Positions 39,651 to 49,435 are shown, numbered from the stretch's first letter. The stretch is 64,000 nucleotides of DNA from Candidatus Avispirillum faecium (GCA_904396155.1 CAJFOI010000004.1:6485-70484), one strand, 5' to 3'. Numbers and translations: made by a program. The notes: generated by a model not told the origin, from the sequence alone.

Positions 39651-40355
39651 TCATACGTTTTTATTCAAAATACGGGTCTGGGTCTCCCCGCTGGCAAGAT
39701 CTACATAGCGCACGAACAGGGAAATTTTGTTGTCTGCGTGCAGATTCTTCCAAATCTCCCCGGTAAAACCGTCGATGTCATTTGGAACCTCCACCGGTTC
39801 CGGCTCTCCTGCAAAGGACGGCGGAGGATTTCCGTCGCACCGGTAGGTGTGGATGAAATGGCCCGCGCCTGCAGCAGGCTCATAGCAAAAATATTCCCGG
39901 GTGCAGTGGGCACCCTCGGCATCTGCAGCCTTGAGAATACTCAGCTTATAATCAAATGTTCCCCCATAAAAGGTGAACAGCGCGCTGATCCTGGGAGTAA
40001 ACAGGGGCGCATCCGGCTCAAAGCATCGGGTCGCCAGCGCCTCCTCCATTGTCTTCCCCTGGGAGAGAAAATCAAAAATGGTGTCCGTTTGGTCTCCGTT
40101 GGTGACAATTAAATGATTCTGCAAAACACGCACAGGGTAATAAATAATCAGCGAGGGATCCTCCACCTTTTCCTCGTCAAAGGCCTTGGTCTTCAAATCC
40201 TCCCCTTCTGCCGCAAACACTCGATTGCGGCTGTTGGAACTTCTTCCCATGATAAAATACGCCGTCACGGCCGATCTGCCGTCTGCACTGGTGCCTGCAA
40301 CGATTCCCCGGCCGGGATACGCGTTGTTCTTCAGCAGTGCGCCAATTTTCTCCAT
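39651..40355 (-). CDS. PurO-like IMP cyclohydrolase
   Basis: YPGRGIV, YFIMGRSSNSRNR, VTNGDQTD, EPD..TPRIS. Confidence 0.85.
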   Translation of the reverse strand: MEKIGALLKNNAYPGRGIVAGTSADGRSAVTAYFIMGRSSNSRNRVFAAEGEDLKTKAFDEEKVEDPSLIIYYPVRVLQNHLIVTNGDQTDTIFDFLSQGKTMEEALATRCFEPDAPLFTPRISALFTFYGGTFDYKLSILKAADAEGAHCTREYFCYEPAAGAGHFIHTYRCDGNPPPSFAGEPEPVEVPNDIDGFTGEIWKNLHADNKISLFVRYVDLASGETQTRILNKNV

Positions 40356-40379
40356 AATAAAGTCCTTTCTATCATTCCC

Positions 40380-41006
40380 TTATAGGCTCTGCTCGCCTTT
40401 TCTCTCTTTTAACAGCTTTTTTGCCACCAGTTGGGTCGCCCGGGGCAAAATGTTCCATTCCGCCTGTTTCATGATCCGCTTTTGCAAGCTCTCCGGCGTA
40501 TCATCCTGTCGTACGCGCACAGCCTTTTGCAAAATAATTTTACCGCCGTCCGGAATTTCATTGACATAATGAACGGTAGCACCGCTGACTTTTACACCGT
40601 ATGCAAGTGCCGCCTCATGTACATGGAGCCCATACATTCCCTTTCCGCAAAAAGAGGGGATCAGGGAGGGATGGATATTGATGATCCGCTGGGGATAGCG
40701 GGAGATAAAATCCGCAGATAAAATGCTCATAAACCCCGCAAGAACGATCATCTCAATCCCATGCTTTTCCAGCACCCGGATTAGCTCCCCTTCAAACTGC
40801 TCTCCCACCTCTTTTCTGCAAACCGTCACCGCCGGGATGCCTGCATCCACCGCGCGGTCAATGGCATACGCCCGGGGATTGCTGGACACCACAAGGGCGA
40901 TCTCTCCGCTGGGCAGACGGCCCGCCCGCTGCGCATCGATCAGCGCCTGCAAGTTGGTTCCACCACCGGATACAAATACCGCAATTTTTACTTTATCGCT
41001 GCGCAT
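40380..41006 (-). CDS. purN: GAR transformylase
   Basis: SGGGTNLQAL, INIHPSLIP, GATVH. Confidence 0.96.
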   Translation of the reverse strand: MRSDKVKIAVFVSGGGTNLQALIDAQRAGRLPSGEIALVVSSNPRAYAIDRAVDAGIPAVTVCRKEVGEQFEGELIRVLEKHGIEMIVLAGFMSILSADFISRYPQRIINIHPSLIPSFCGKGMYGLHVHEAALAYGVKVSGATVHYVNEIPDGGKIILQKAVRVRQDDTPESLQKRIMKQAEWNILPRATQLVAKKLLKERKGEQSL

Positions 41007-41032
41007 CAATGGTATTTCCTTCCCTGATCTGC

Positions 41033-42073
41033 TCAGCAAAGAACGATTCCTTCATCGCCCTTTGCAATTTCACCGAATATATAGGCGTCCACGCCGGCCT
41101 CCTGCAAAACGGACAGTGCAAGATCCGCGTCCGCTTTTGCCACCGTAACGCACATGCCCACGCCCATATTGTACGTATTGAACATATCCCGCTGGGGCAC
41201 TTCCCCCTGACGGGCGATCCAATCAAAAATTGCCGGCGTGCGCACCGCGGCCTTCTCCACTTTTGCGGTAAATCCCTTGGGGATACTTCTGGGAATATTT
41301 TCGTAAAATCCGCCGCCGGTGATATGGGAAACTGCCCGCACATCTGCCTTTGCAAACAGGGAAAGCATCGGCTTTACATAAATCCGCGTGGGCTCCAAAA
41401 GGGTCTCTCCAAGGCTGGCGCCCCCCAACTCCGGCACAGGTGCAGCAAGATCCCCCCTGTGTTCCAAATCAAACACCTTCCGTATCAAGGAGAACCCGTT
41501 GGAATGCACACCGCTGGAAGGCAGGGCAATGAGCACATCTCCCGCTTCCATCCGGCTGCCATCGACGATCTTCTCCCGATCCACGATGCCCACGGCAAAG
41601 CCCGCCAGGTCGTATTCATCTTCCGGATAAAAACCGGGCATCTCCGCCGTCTCGCCGCCGATCAGCGCCGCACCGGACTGAACGCAGCCCTCCGCCACAC
41701 CAGCTACGATCGATGCGATCTTCTCCGGTACATTTTTGCCGCAGGCAATATAATCCAGGAAAAACAGCGGCGCCGCACCGCAGCAGATAATGTCGTTTAC
41801 ACACATTGCCACACAGTCGATCCCCACTGTGTCATGACGATCCATCAAAAACGCAAGACGAAGCTTCGTACCCACTCCATCCGTACCGGATACAAGGACC
41901 GGATCCTGCATACCTGCAAAGTTTGGACGGAACAAGCCGCCAAAGCCGCCGATCCCGCTGACCACGCCGTCCGTCACCGTTCGGCCGATGTGCTGCTTCA
42001 TCAGTTCCACTGCCCTGTATCCGGCGGTGATATCTACCCCGGCAGCCTTATAGCTTTCACTTGCACTTTTCAT
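41033..42073 (-). CDS. purM: AIR synthetase
   Basis: YKAAGVD, TDGVGTK, GGETAEMP, HSNGFS, HITGGG. Confidence 0.97.
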   Translation of the reverse strand: MKSASESYKAAGVDITAGYRAVELMKQHIGRTVTDGVVSGIGGFGGLFRPNFAGMQDPVLVSGTDGVGTKLRLAFLMDRHDTVGIDCVAMCVNDIICCGAAPLFFLDYIACGKNVPEKIASIVAGVAEGCVQSGAALIGGETAEMPGFYPEDEYDLAGFAVGIVDREKIVDGSRMEAGDVLIALPSSGVHSNGFSLIRKVFDLEHRGDLAAPVPELGGASLGETLLEPTRIYVKPMLSLFAKADVRAVSHITGGGFYENIPRSIPKGFTAKVEKAAVRTPAIFDWIARQGEVPQRDMFNTYNMGVGMCVTVAKADADLALSVLQEAGVDAYIFGEIAKGDEGIVLC

Positions 42074-42098
42074 ATGTACCTCTTCTCTGCAGTTCTGT

Positions 42099-43553
42099 TT
42101 AAGATTTTATAGGGGACTTTTCCGGATTGATTCCTTCCGAAATCTTCCGTTCAAACCGGCTTTTGCCGCTGTCGTTGGGGATACTGGTGGGATACTTTCC
42201 GTCAAAGCAGGCACTGCAGTATCCCTCCGACGCATCGCCACAGAGCTTCTTCACGTTTTCTTCGCTGAGGTATGCCAGTGTATCCGCACCCAAAATCCGG
42301 CAGATCTCCGGAATCGTATGACGACAGGCGATCAGCGCCTCTTTGGAGTCGATGTCCGTCCCGTAATAACAGGGGTTTGTAAACGGCGGACTGGAAATAC
42401 GCACATGCACTTCCTTTGCACCCGCCTCCCGCAAGAGTCCCACAATCCTGGCGCAGGTGGTTCCCCGGACAATGGAATCGTCGATCATCACCACACGTTT
42501 CCCCTTCACCGTTTCAGATATGGGATTGAGCTTGATCTTTACCTTGTCCTCCCGAATCTCCTGTCCCGGAGCAATAAAGGTCCGCCCGATGTATTTGTTT
42601 TTGATAAAACCAATACTGTAGGGGATTCCGGACGCACGGGAATATCCCAGCGCCGCATCCAGGCCGGAGTCGGGAACGCCGATGACTACATCCGCCTCTA
42701 CAGGGCTTTCCTCTGCAAGAAATTCCCCTGCGCGAACCCTGGCCTGGTGCACGCTGCAGCCGTCCACCACAGAATCCGGCCGGGAAAAATAGATATATTC
42801 AAACACACAAAGACTCCGGGGCGTTGTCCCACAGTGGTCCCGGATGGTGCGTACACCGTTTTTGTCAAAAATTACAATCTCGCCGGGATCGATGTCCCGT
42901 ACCAAGGTGGCGCCCACCGAATCCAGTGCGCAGGACTCGCTGGCGACAATATAGCTGCCGTCGTCCCGCTGACCGTAGCACAAGGGACGGAATCCTCTCG
43001 GGTCCCGCGCCGCGATCAATTTAGAGGGAGACATAATCACCAGGGAATATGCGCCCTGGATCTTATACATGGTCCGATTGACTGCCTCCTCAATGGAAGA
43101 ACACACCAGCCGCTCCTTTGTCAAAATATAGGAGATCACCTCCGTATCGCTGGTGGTGTGGAAGATGGACCCCTCCAGCTCCAGCGCATTGCGCAGCTCA
43201 TAGGAATTGACCAAATTTCCGTTGTGAGCCAGTGCCATACGCCCTTTTACATGGTCCACTACAATCGGCTGGGCGTTGAGCCGTCCGTCCGTTCCCGTAG
43301 TCCCATAGCGCACATGTCCCACAGCGATACTGCCCTTTCCCAGGCTCTTCAGGATCTCCGGCGTGAACACGTCGTTCACCAGCCCTACATCCTTATAGGA
43401 ATTAAAGATTCCGTCGTCATTTACCACAATTCCGCAGGATTCCTGCCCTCTGTGCTGAAGTGCAAACAGCCCGTAATATACGGAATGGGCAATGTCCCCG
43501 GGCTGAGGAGTATATATGCCGAATACGCCGCATTCTTCATGTAGATTGCTCAT
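42099..43553 (-). CDS. purF: Amidophosphoribosyltransferase
   Basis: EECGVFG (propeptide plus Cys1), QHRGQES, DDSIVRGTT. Confidence 0.97.
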   Translation of the reverse strand: MSNLHEECGVFGIYTPQPGDIAHSVYYGLFALQHRGQESCGIVVNDDGIFNSYKDVGLVNDVFTPEILKSLGKGSIAVGHVRYGTTGTDGRLNAQPIVVDHVKGRMALAHNGNLVNSYELRNALELEGSIFHTTSDTEVISYILTKERLVCSSIEEAVNRTMYKIQGAYSLVIMSPSKLIAARDPRGFRPLCYGQRDDGSYIVASESCALDSVGATLVRDIDPGEIVIFDKNGVRTIRDHCGTTPRSLCVFEYIYFSRPDSVVDGCSVHQARVRAGEFLAEESPVEADVVIGVPDSGLDAALGYSRASGIPYSIGFIKNKYIGRTFIAPGQEIREDKVKIKLNPISETVKGKRVVMIDDSIVRGTTCARIVGLLREAGAKEVHVRISSPPFTNPCYYGTDIDSKEALIACRHTIPEICRILGADTLAYLSEENVKKLCGDASEGYCSACFDGKYPTSIPNDSGKSRFERKISEGINPEKSPIKS

Positions 43554-43607
43554 GCAAGCCGATCCCTTTCTCCGCCGGATGCGCCGGCGATCCGATTTTC
43601 GCGTTTT

Positions 43608-44318
43608 TCACTCACCGAGAAGTCTCTTGCAGATTTCCTGATAAGCATCCTCGACATTCCCCAGATCTCTGCGGAAGCGGTCCTTGTCCAGTTTTTCCCG
43701 GGTCTTCATATCCCACAGCCGGCAAGTATCCGGAGAGATCTCGTCCGCAAGCACGATCTTCCCTTCCGCTGTTTTGCCGAATTCCAGCTTGAAGTCCACC
43801 AGCAAAATGCCGATAGCCGCAAAGTACTTCTTCAAATACTCGTTGATGCGGAAGGTGAGATCCTTGATGGTCTCCACATCCTCCTTGCTCGCCCATCCGC
43901 AGGCATATATGTGGTACTCGTTGACCATGGGATCGCCCAGCTCGTCATCCTTGAGGCAGAACTCTATCGTGGAGCACCGCAGATCCGTCCCCTCCGGCAC
44001 ACCGAACCGCTTGGAAAAAGAACCGGCTGCAATATTGCGCACGATCACCTCCAGGGGGATGATGGACACCCGGCGCACCAGCGTGTCCCTCTCGCTGAGC
44101 TCTTCTACAAAATGGGTGGGAATCCCCTCTTCCTCCAATTTGTCCATTAGATAATTGGTCACTCGGTTGTTGATGACACCCTTGCCGGCAATCGTGCCCT
44201 TTTTCTGGCCGTTAAAGGCCGTAGCGTCATCCTTATAAGACACGATACACAGATTCGGATCCTCCGTAGCAAAAACCTTTTTTGCTTTGCCTTCGTACAT
44301 TTGTTCCTTTTTTTCCAT
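43608..44318 (-). CDS. purC: SAICAR synthetase
   Basis: [31 protein letters not shown]; start at MEKKEQ. Confidence 0.97.
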   Translation of the reverse strand: MEKKEQMYEGKAKKVFATEDPNLCIVSYKDDATAFNGQKKGTIAGKGVINNRVTNYLMDKLEEEGIPTHFVEELSERDTLVRRVSIIPLEVIVRNIAAGSFSKRFGVPEGTDLRCSTIEFCLKDDELGDPMVNEYHIYACGWASKEDVETIKDLTFRINEYLKKYFAAIGILLVDFKLEFGKTAEGKIVLADEISPDTCRLWDMKTREKLDKDRFRRDLGNVEDAYQEICKRLLGE

Positions 44319-44343
44319 TTTTCCATCTCCCTCTATGTAAAAA

Positions 44344-44838
44344 TCAATTGTGATACTTCGCGCAAATTTCTGCGTCCTTCTGCAGCACCGCCTGGGTGTT
44401 TTTCTCCCGAAGCAGCGCCAGCTTTTCTGCCAGAGCTTCGTCATTTACCGCGAGAATCTGCGCCGCCAGCAGAGCCGCGTTTGCCGCGCCGTCGATGGCG
44501 ACAGTAGCGACCGGCAGTCCGGACGGCATCTGCACCGTAGACAGCAGCGCATCCAGTCCGTCCAGGGTGGAGCTCTTTACGGGGATGCCGATCACCGGCA
44601 GCGTGGTATTGGCCGCAATGGCACCTGCCAGATGCGCCGCCTTTCCCGCGGCGGCAATGATCGCTCCAAAGCCCGCTTCTCTTGCCCCCTTCGTAAATGC
44701 TGCGCATGCCTCCGGCGTCCTGTGGGCACTGAACACATGCACCTCTGTGGGGATACCCAGTTCCTTAAGCGTATCAATGGCCTTCCCGACGACGGGCAGG
44801 TCGCTGTCACTTCCCATGATCACAGCAACTTTTTTCAT
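44344..44838 (-). CDS. purE: N5-CAIR mutase/AIR carboxylase
   Basis: IMGSDSD, SAHRTP, AGKAAHL, VQMPSG. Confidence 0.97.
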   Translation of the reverse strand: MKKVAVIMGSDSDLPVVGKAIDTLKELGIPTEVHVFSAHRTPEACAAFTKGAREAGFGAIIAAAGKAAHLAGAIAANTTLPVIGIPVKSSTLDGLDALLSTVQMPSGLPVATVAIDGAANAALLAAQILAVNDEALAEKLALLREKNTQAVLQKDAEICAKYHN

Positions 44839-44870
44839 AAAATCCTCCCAGTAAATTCCTTAGAAAAAAC

Positions 44871-44907
44871 AAAAAAGGCAGTCCTATTCCCCGGAATAAG
44901 ACATGCC
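44871..44907 (-). terminator. Riboswitch-controlled intrinsic terminator in the pur leader
   Basis: Minus strand GGCA(U)GUCUUAUUCC-GG-GGAAUAGGACUGCC-UUUUUU; overlaps the aptamer 3' strand. Confidence 0.8.
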
Positions 44908-44997
44908 CAGACGGACGGCCGAATGCACTTTCGTTCCATTGCGGTTCCCCGCCAGGCACTGCCGGCGGCAGTCCTTTTCCGTCAGTTGCGAAAGCGT
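44904..44997 (-). ncRNA. ZMP/ZTP (pfl) riboswitch
   Basis: Minus strand GCUUUCGCAACUGACGGAA...CGAAAG (P1)...GCCGUCCGUCUGGGCA (P3), with GACGG/CCGUC pseudoknot complementarity; upstream of pur genes. Confidence 0.88.
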
Positions 44998-45012
44998 TTC
45001 TTCTTTTATTTT

Positions 45013-45041
45013 ATTGTAACACAGGGACAAATCCATGTCAA
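45013..45041 (-). promoter_or_regulatory. Sigma-A promoter of the pur operon
   Basis: TTGACA (45036-45041), 17 bp, TACAAT (45013-45018). Confidence 0.8.
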
Positions 45042-45113
45042 TCAAATCTCCTCTGGCATTTTTCACAAATTATCTACATAGAATTTGCTTTTTCTGCACG
45101 CAGGACATGCACC

Positions 45114-45797
45114 TCACACGCCCCGCAGCGCCGCCGCAGGTACATAGGGCAAAACGCTCTGACGCAGCGCCTCCATCTCCTCTTTGGAATAGGGAGCGGC
45201 ACCGGTGCCCAGCAGATCTCCGGAATCAACAAATCCCTGGATAAAATACTGTTTTGCCCCCGCGATCCACTTTGCAATCTCCAAAAAGTCCGCCGGTTCT
45301 ACAATCCCCTTCGCCGCCGTGGTGCGAAATTCATATGTCACCGGCGCAGAGAGCAAATATGCCACACTTTTGCAGATACTGTCCATGTCTACCGCACAGC
45401 CTGCGGCGCGGACATATCCATCCTTTGAAGATTTGATATCCATTGCCACATAGTCCACCAGCTCCGCCTCTACCAGCGCCCGCAGACGATCGTAAAAGCT
45501 GCCGTTGGTGTCCAGCTTCACCTGGAAGCCCATGTCTTTGATCTGCCGCAAAAATGCGGGCAGCTCCGGCTGCAGCAGGGGCTCTCCTCCGGTGACAGCG
45601 ACACCGTCCAAAATTCCCGTGCGGGAGCGAAGAAAGGAAAAGAACGCTTCCAGCTCGATATGCTCCCCGCCGCCGCACACCAAAGAAGCATTATGGCAGA
45701 ATGGACAGCGAAAATTACATCCGCCGAAAAACACCGTACAGGCAGTCCTTCCGGGAAAATCCAGAAGCGTCAGCTTTTGCAAACCGCTGATAAACAT
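45114..45797 (-). CDS. nrdG: Anaerobic ribonucleotide reductase activating protein (radical SAM)
   Basis: GLQKLTLLDFPG, CNFRCPFCHN, TGGEP, KLDTNG, YEFRTT. Confidence 0.85.
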   Translation of the reverse strand: MFISGLQKLTLLDFPGRTACTVFFGGCNFRCPFCHNASLVCGGGEHIELEAFFSFLRSRTGILDGVAVTGGEPLLQPELPAFLRQIKDMGFQVKLDTNGSFYDRLRALVEAELVDYVAMDIKSSKDGYVRAAGCAVDMDSICKSVAYLLSAPVTYEFRTTAAKGIVEPADFLEIAKWIAGAKQYFIQGFVDSGDLLGTGAAPYSKEEMEALRQSVLPYVPAAALRGV

Positions 45798-45902
45798 TAT
45801 CCTTACTCTCCTATTGCAACCAGGAAACACTTTTCCCTGACAAAATAAGGTATGCCCGGCCCTCCAGGAGCCGGGCACAGCCCAAAGCGGCCTGCAGCCG
45901 CA

Positions 45903-47546
45903 TTACTCTGCCGTGTACACAGGAATTCCTTTGTTTGTACCGTTGTCCCACAGTGTATACTGACACACAGGTACATCAAAGACCGTCATTCCAATGTGAA
46001 CGCCCGATGCCGCCGCAAAACCCGAGGAACCGGCCACGCCCACTACGGCGCCTTTTTCCACCACGTCCCCCACGGCTACAGAAGTGCTGTTCATATGGCA
46101 ATACCAGCTTTTCAGTCCGTAACCGTGCTCAATCACCACGGTGTACCCGCTGTAATCCAGATATCCGGCATATACAACCTTACCCGCATTGACCGCCTGA
46201 ATGTCCGTTCCCGCCGCCAGATCGTAGTCGATGCCGGTATGCCGGTAGGTAATATTCGTTCCGGACACAGTGATATTGTGCCCAAATCCACTGCTCAGTG
46301 CACTCTCGTCCGCGCCGGGCAAAAAGCTCCCTTCCCAGTACCGCACGGCCGATCCCTCTTCGGCGATGGGCTGCAGCTCCGCCTCGCAGCGCTGGCGTAT
46401 CTCTTCCGTTCCGTAGGTGGAAACGGTGACAGCATCCATTGTGACTGTCCGGTCACGGAAAGGATTATCCCGCTGGGTCAGCGTAATATTGATTTGCTGC
46501 GACGCGCCTCCATACGTGAAATTCAGCGTATAGTTGCCGGCAGAAAGGTCCCAGTGGAAAGGAATCAGTGCGTAAACTTCACCTTCTTCCCCATCCTGAT
46601 AAAACACGGGCGTATAATCAATGGAGGGTTCGCTGGAAAACGTGATGTTTTCAGGACTGCGCACATTTACGCCGGTGACACAAATGAATTCACCAATTTG
46701 CAGCGTAGTGGCACCCGCATAAAAAGCGGCAGGCGCAGTCAGCTGCGCGTCAAAGCTGTAGGTCTGTTCCCCGTAGTAGCTGCGCTCGGCGTCCTCGTAC
46801 CACCTTGCAGTGACCTCCACATGGACCTGCATCGAATCGGTGATCGCCAGAGAAGATAAATTCTCATACAAGTCGTCGAAAACCACTTCATTGGTGCTCT
46901 TGTCTGTCACCTTTACCCCAAAATAATCCGGATCTATGGAAAAACGCATTGCAAGGCCGCCCTCTAAAGTGTAGGACATCGTCTCTTCCGTCACGGAAAA
47001 AGAAGTGTCCGCCTTTGTAAATGCACCGGTGTTGTTTTGAAAGCTCCAATCAGAGGAAGCCGGCTTTGCCGTCTCCGTCCCCAAAGTGAGCACCGGGGGG
47101 GTGCCGTTTTCATACAGGCAAGCCGCCCAGCTGCTTTCCAGAAATGTCTGCGCATCCTTTTCCCCAATTTGAAACGCCTTGCCGTCTCCATCTACAAAAT
47201 AGCAATCCGCACTGATGGGCGTAAAGTAGTATTTGTACCCGGCATCTCGTACCGCGGTGCTGATCGTCACCTGATAAAAATCGCCCTGTGCAACAGTAGC
47301 GGGAACGCTGGCGATCTCCGTGGCGCCTGCATTCATATCCAGGAAAAAGGAAATCATCTTCATAGCCTCTTCCCCGTCGTTTCTGTCAAAGACAAAAGTG
47401 CTGCCAGCAGTATCCCGCACCGTCACCGACAGGGTGTTGTGGATATCTGCGGCACCTCCGTTGGTCTTGTTGTAATATACAACGGAAACAACGGAGGGGA
47501 TGAATATCGCAACCGCCAGCAGAACCGTCAAAAATTTATGTTTCAT
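45903..47546 (-). CDS. Membrane-anchored M23 family metallopeptidase
   Basis: N-terminal TM; C-terminal HTGID, YCH and HxG (VHIG in place of HxH) motifs. Confidence 0.85.
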   Translation of the reverse strand: MKHKFLTVLLAVAIFIPSVVSVVYYNKTNGGAADIHNTLSVTVRDTAGSTFVFDRNDGEEAMKMISFFLDMNAGATEIASVPATVAQGDFYQVTISTAVRDAGYKYYFTPISADCYFVDGDGKAFQIGEKDAQTFLESSWAACLYENGTPPVLTLGTETAKPASSDWSFQNNTGAFTKADTSFSVTEETMSYTLEGGLAMRFSIDPDYFGVKVTDKSTNEVVFDDLYENLSSLAITDSMQVHVEVTARWYEDAERSYYGEQTYSFDAQLTAPAAFYAGATTLQIGEFICVTGVNVRSPENITFSSEPSIDYTPVFYQDGEEGEVYALIPFHWDLSAGNYTLNFTYGGASQQINITLTQRDNPFRDRTVTMDAVTVSTYGTEEIRQRCEAELQPIAEEGSAVRYWEGSFLPGADESALSSGFGHNITVSGTNITYRHTGIDYDLAAGTDIQAVNAGKVVYAGYLDYSGYTVVIEHGYGLKSWYCHMNSTSVAVGDVVEKGAVVGVAGSSGFAAASGVHIGMTVFDVPVCQYTLWDNGTNKGIPVYTAE

Positions 47547-47741
47547 ATTTGCATCCTTTCCTTACCTGTAAAACGGCTTTTCGGTGCAGACAATGATTGC
47601 ATAGTTGACATATATGTTTATTATACTATTTTTTTCGCCGCAGGTCAAGTATCTTAATTCTGTCCCACCACATGGAAGTTACTTTGCAGCGCATAAAGAT
47701 AAATTTTGCGAAGCAAGAACTCAGAAGAAATAAAAAAACAA

Positions 47742-48017
47742 TCCCCGGTGGGCTTCGCCGCATGTCCCCACAAGGGAGCCTGCACCAAACCTGAGCCTCC
47801 CCTGTGGTGCAGCTCCGCAGGAGATGCGGGGTGGTGGGCTTTGCCCAGCAAAGCTCGGAGAGGTAGTAACAGACAATCCCTCACCCGCTTCGCGGGTTGC
47901 CCCGGAGATGCTGCGCATCTCCCCACATGGGGCCTTTACTTATTTCCAGCCTCCCCTTCATAAAGAAGGGGAGGTGGCAGCGTTAGCTGACGGAGGGGTT
48001 GTTTATACAACTCCTCC
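47742..48017. repeat. Cluster of REP-like palindromic repeats
   Basis: Several hairpins sharing CTCCCC/GGGGAG and CCCCACA cores; TTTATACAACTCCTCC at 48002-48017 is identical to 31696-31711. Confidence 0.75.
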
Positions 48018-48025
48018 TGGGACCT

Positions 48026-48053
48026 AAAAAAGAGGGGGCCTCCCCCTCTTTTT
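48026..48053 (-). terminator. Intrinsic terminator after the GT2 gene
   Basis: AAAAAAGAGGGGG-CCT-CCCCCTCTTTTT. Confidence 0.75.
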
Positions 48054-48061
48054 CTTTGCTT

Positions 48062-49087
48062 TTAATTAAACTTGTATATCTTATGTACAAGACGGTACAT
48101 TCCAACCGTGGTCCTCCTTCCCAGCTTTCCGGGAAGATTCATGAACGCAGACAAAGAAGCATACCTAAGCTTCCGATATGTATGGATATCCTGCTGCCGC
48201 AGAAAACTCCATAACTCCCTTTGCTTTTCCAGATTCTCCGGTGTATTTCCAATAAGCAGAAATACACAGCATATGTTGATCATCATGGCAAGCTCGTGGA
48301 GCATGTACCTGTAAAGCCGGCGGCCGCTCTCCTTGATCCGGTTCAAATCATGACATTGAATCATCAGTTTGGCAACTTTTATCTGCTGGTCGATTCTTTT
48401 CACCATATTCTTTTCGCTGACCGACTGCTCATCGCTGCCCACATAATACAAGTACAGATCCAGATCCATATAGTAAATGCTGTGCACATAGGGAAACGGC
48501 TCATACATATAAAGATTGTCCACGTAAAAAGTATGTTTCGGCAGTGCAATCCCATGCTCCCGCAGCAGCGCGGTACGATACACCACCGAGTGCATCATCA
48601 AATACTGAGACGGACCGAAAGGACGGGTGTCTTCCCAGGTACACACCTGCTCTCTTGGAAAAATGTGCCGATAGCTCATGGTGCGTCGGCTGCCCGTATC
48701 CACACGCACGTATACGTAATTGCATACATACATATCCACATCCAGCCCGGCTTGCACATTCTCCCGCAGGCGGGCAAGGAACTGCCGCAGCACGTCCCGA
48801 TCCAGCCGGTCATCTGAGTCCACCACTTTATAATACATGCCCCTGGCGTTGCGCATCCCCTGGTTGACGCCTTCTCCGTGTCCGCCGTTTTCCTGATGGA
48901 TCACCCGGACAACTTCGGGATATTTCTCCGCGAATCCATCGGCCACTTCGCCTGTGTTGTCGGCAGAGCCGTCGTTGATTATGATAATTTCAATGTCATC
49001 GCCGGCACCCAGCAGGGACTCGATACAGTTGTGCATAAACGCACCGGAATTGTAGCAGGGGATCGCAAATGTGATCAGCTTTTCCAT
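48062..49087 (-). CDS. Glycosyltransferase family 2
   Basis: IPCYN, INDGSAD, ENGGHG, VVDSDD. Confidence 0.92.
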   Translation of the reverse strand: MEKLITFAIPCYNSGAFMHNCIESLLGAGDDIEIIIINDGSADNTGEVADGFAEKYPEVVRVIHQENGGHGEGVNQGMRNARGMYYKVVDSDDRLDRDVLRQFLARLRENVQAGLDVDMYVCNYVYVRVDTGSRRTMSYRHIFPREQVCTWEDTRPFGPSQYLMMHSVVYRTALLREHGIALPKHTFYVDNLYMYEPFPYVHSIYYMDLDLYLYYVGSDEQSVSEKNMVKRIDQQIKVAKLMIQCHDLNRIKESGRRLYRYMLHELAMMINICCVFLLIGNTPENLEKQRELWSFLRQQDIHTYRKLRYASLSAFMNLPGKLGRRTTVGMYRLVHKIYKFN

Positions 49088-49255
49088 CGTTGCCACCTCT
49101 CTGTGGATATGTCTTTTTCAATTATATACGAAATTTTCGCAAATGCAAGCGCTTTTTCATGAAATGTTCTTGCACTGTTTACACAACTTCTGTAAAATAA
49201 AAAGGTAATATGCTTCTGTTAAATAGTAAAGATTTTGAAAGAAAGGGTTAATTGA

Positions 49256-49435
49256 ATGTTTCGCTGTAATGAGCACAAGCATCAGGAACTAACAAAAGAC
49301 TTAGTTTTACTCCAGTTGAGGGGCGCGCTTAGTCAGGTGATGATAAATATGCCATATATCCCGACTGGCGGGCTGATCCAGATTGCTATTAATAATGCAA
49401 TCATATATATAGAAAGAAGTGATGAAAATGATTGA
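49256..49435 (+). CDS. Possible 59-aa small protein (below the ORF-track cutoff)
   Basis: MFRCNEHKH...IERSDEND; AAAGGG RBS; TTGCAC-17-TAAAAT promoter at 49170-49198. Confidence 0.35.
   Translation: MFRCNEHKHQELTKDLVLLQLRGALSQVMINMPYIPTGGLIQIAINNAIIYIERSDEND

Noticed and set aside
47654-48027. Short ORFs, and a possible CRISPR array or tRNA, in the palindromic cluster
   Set aside because: No regularly spaced identical repeats with unique spacers, no cas genes and no T-psi-C/D-arm signature; the ORFs are by-products of the repeats.
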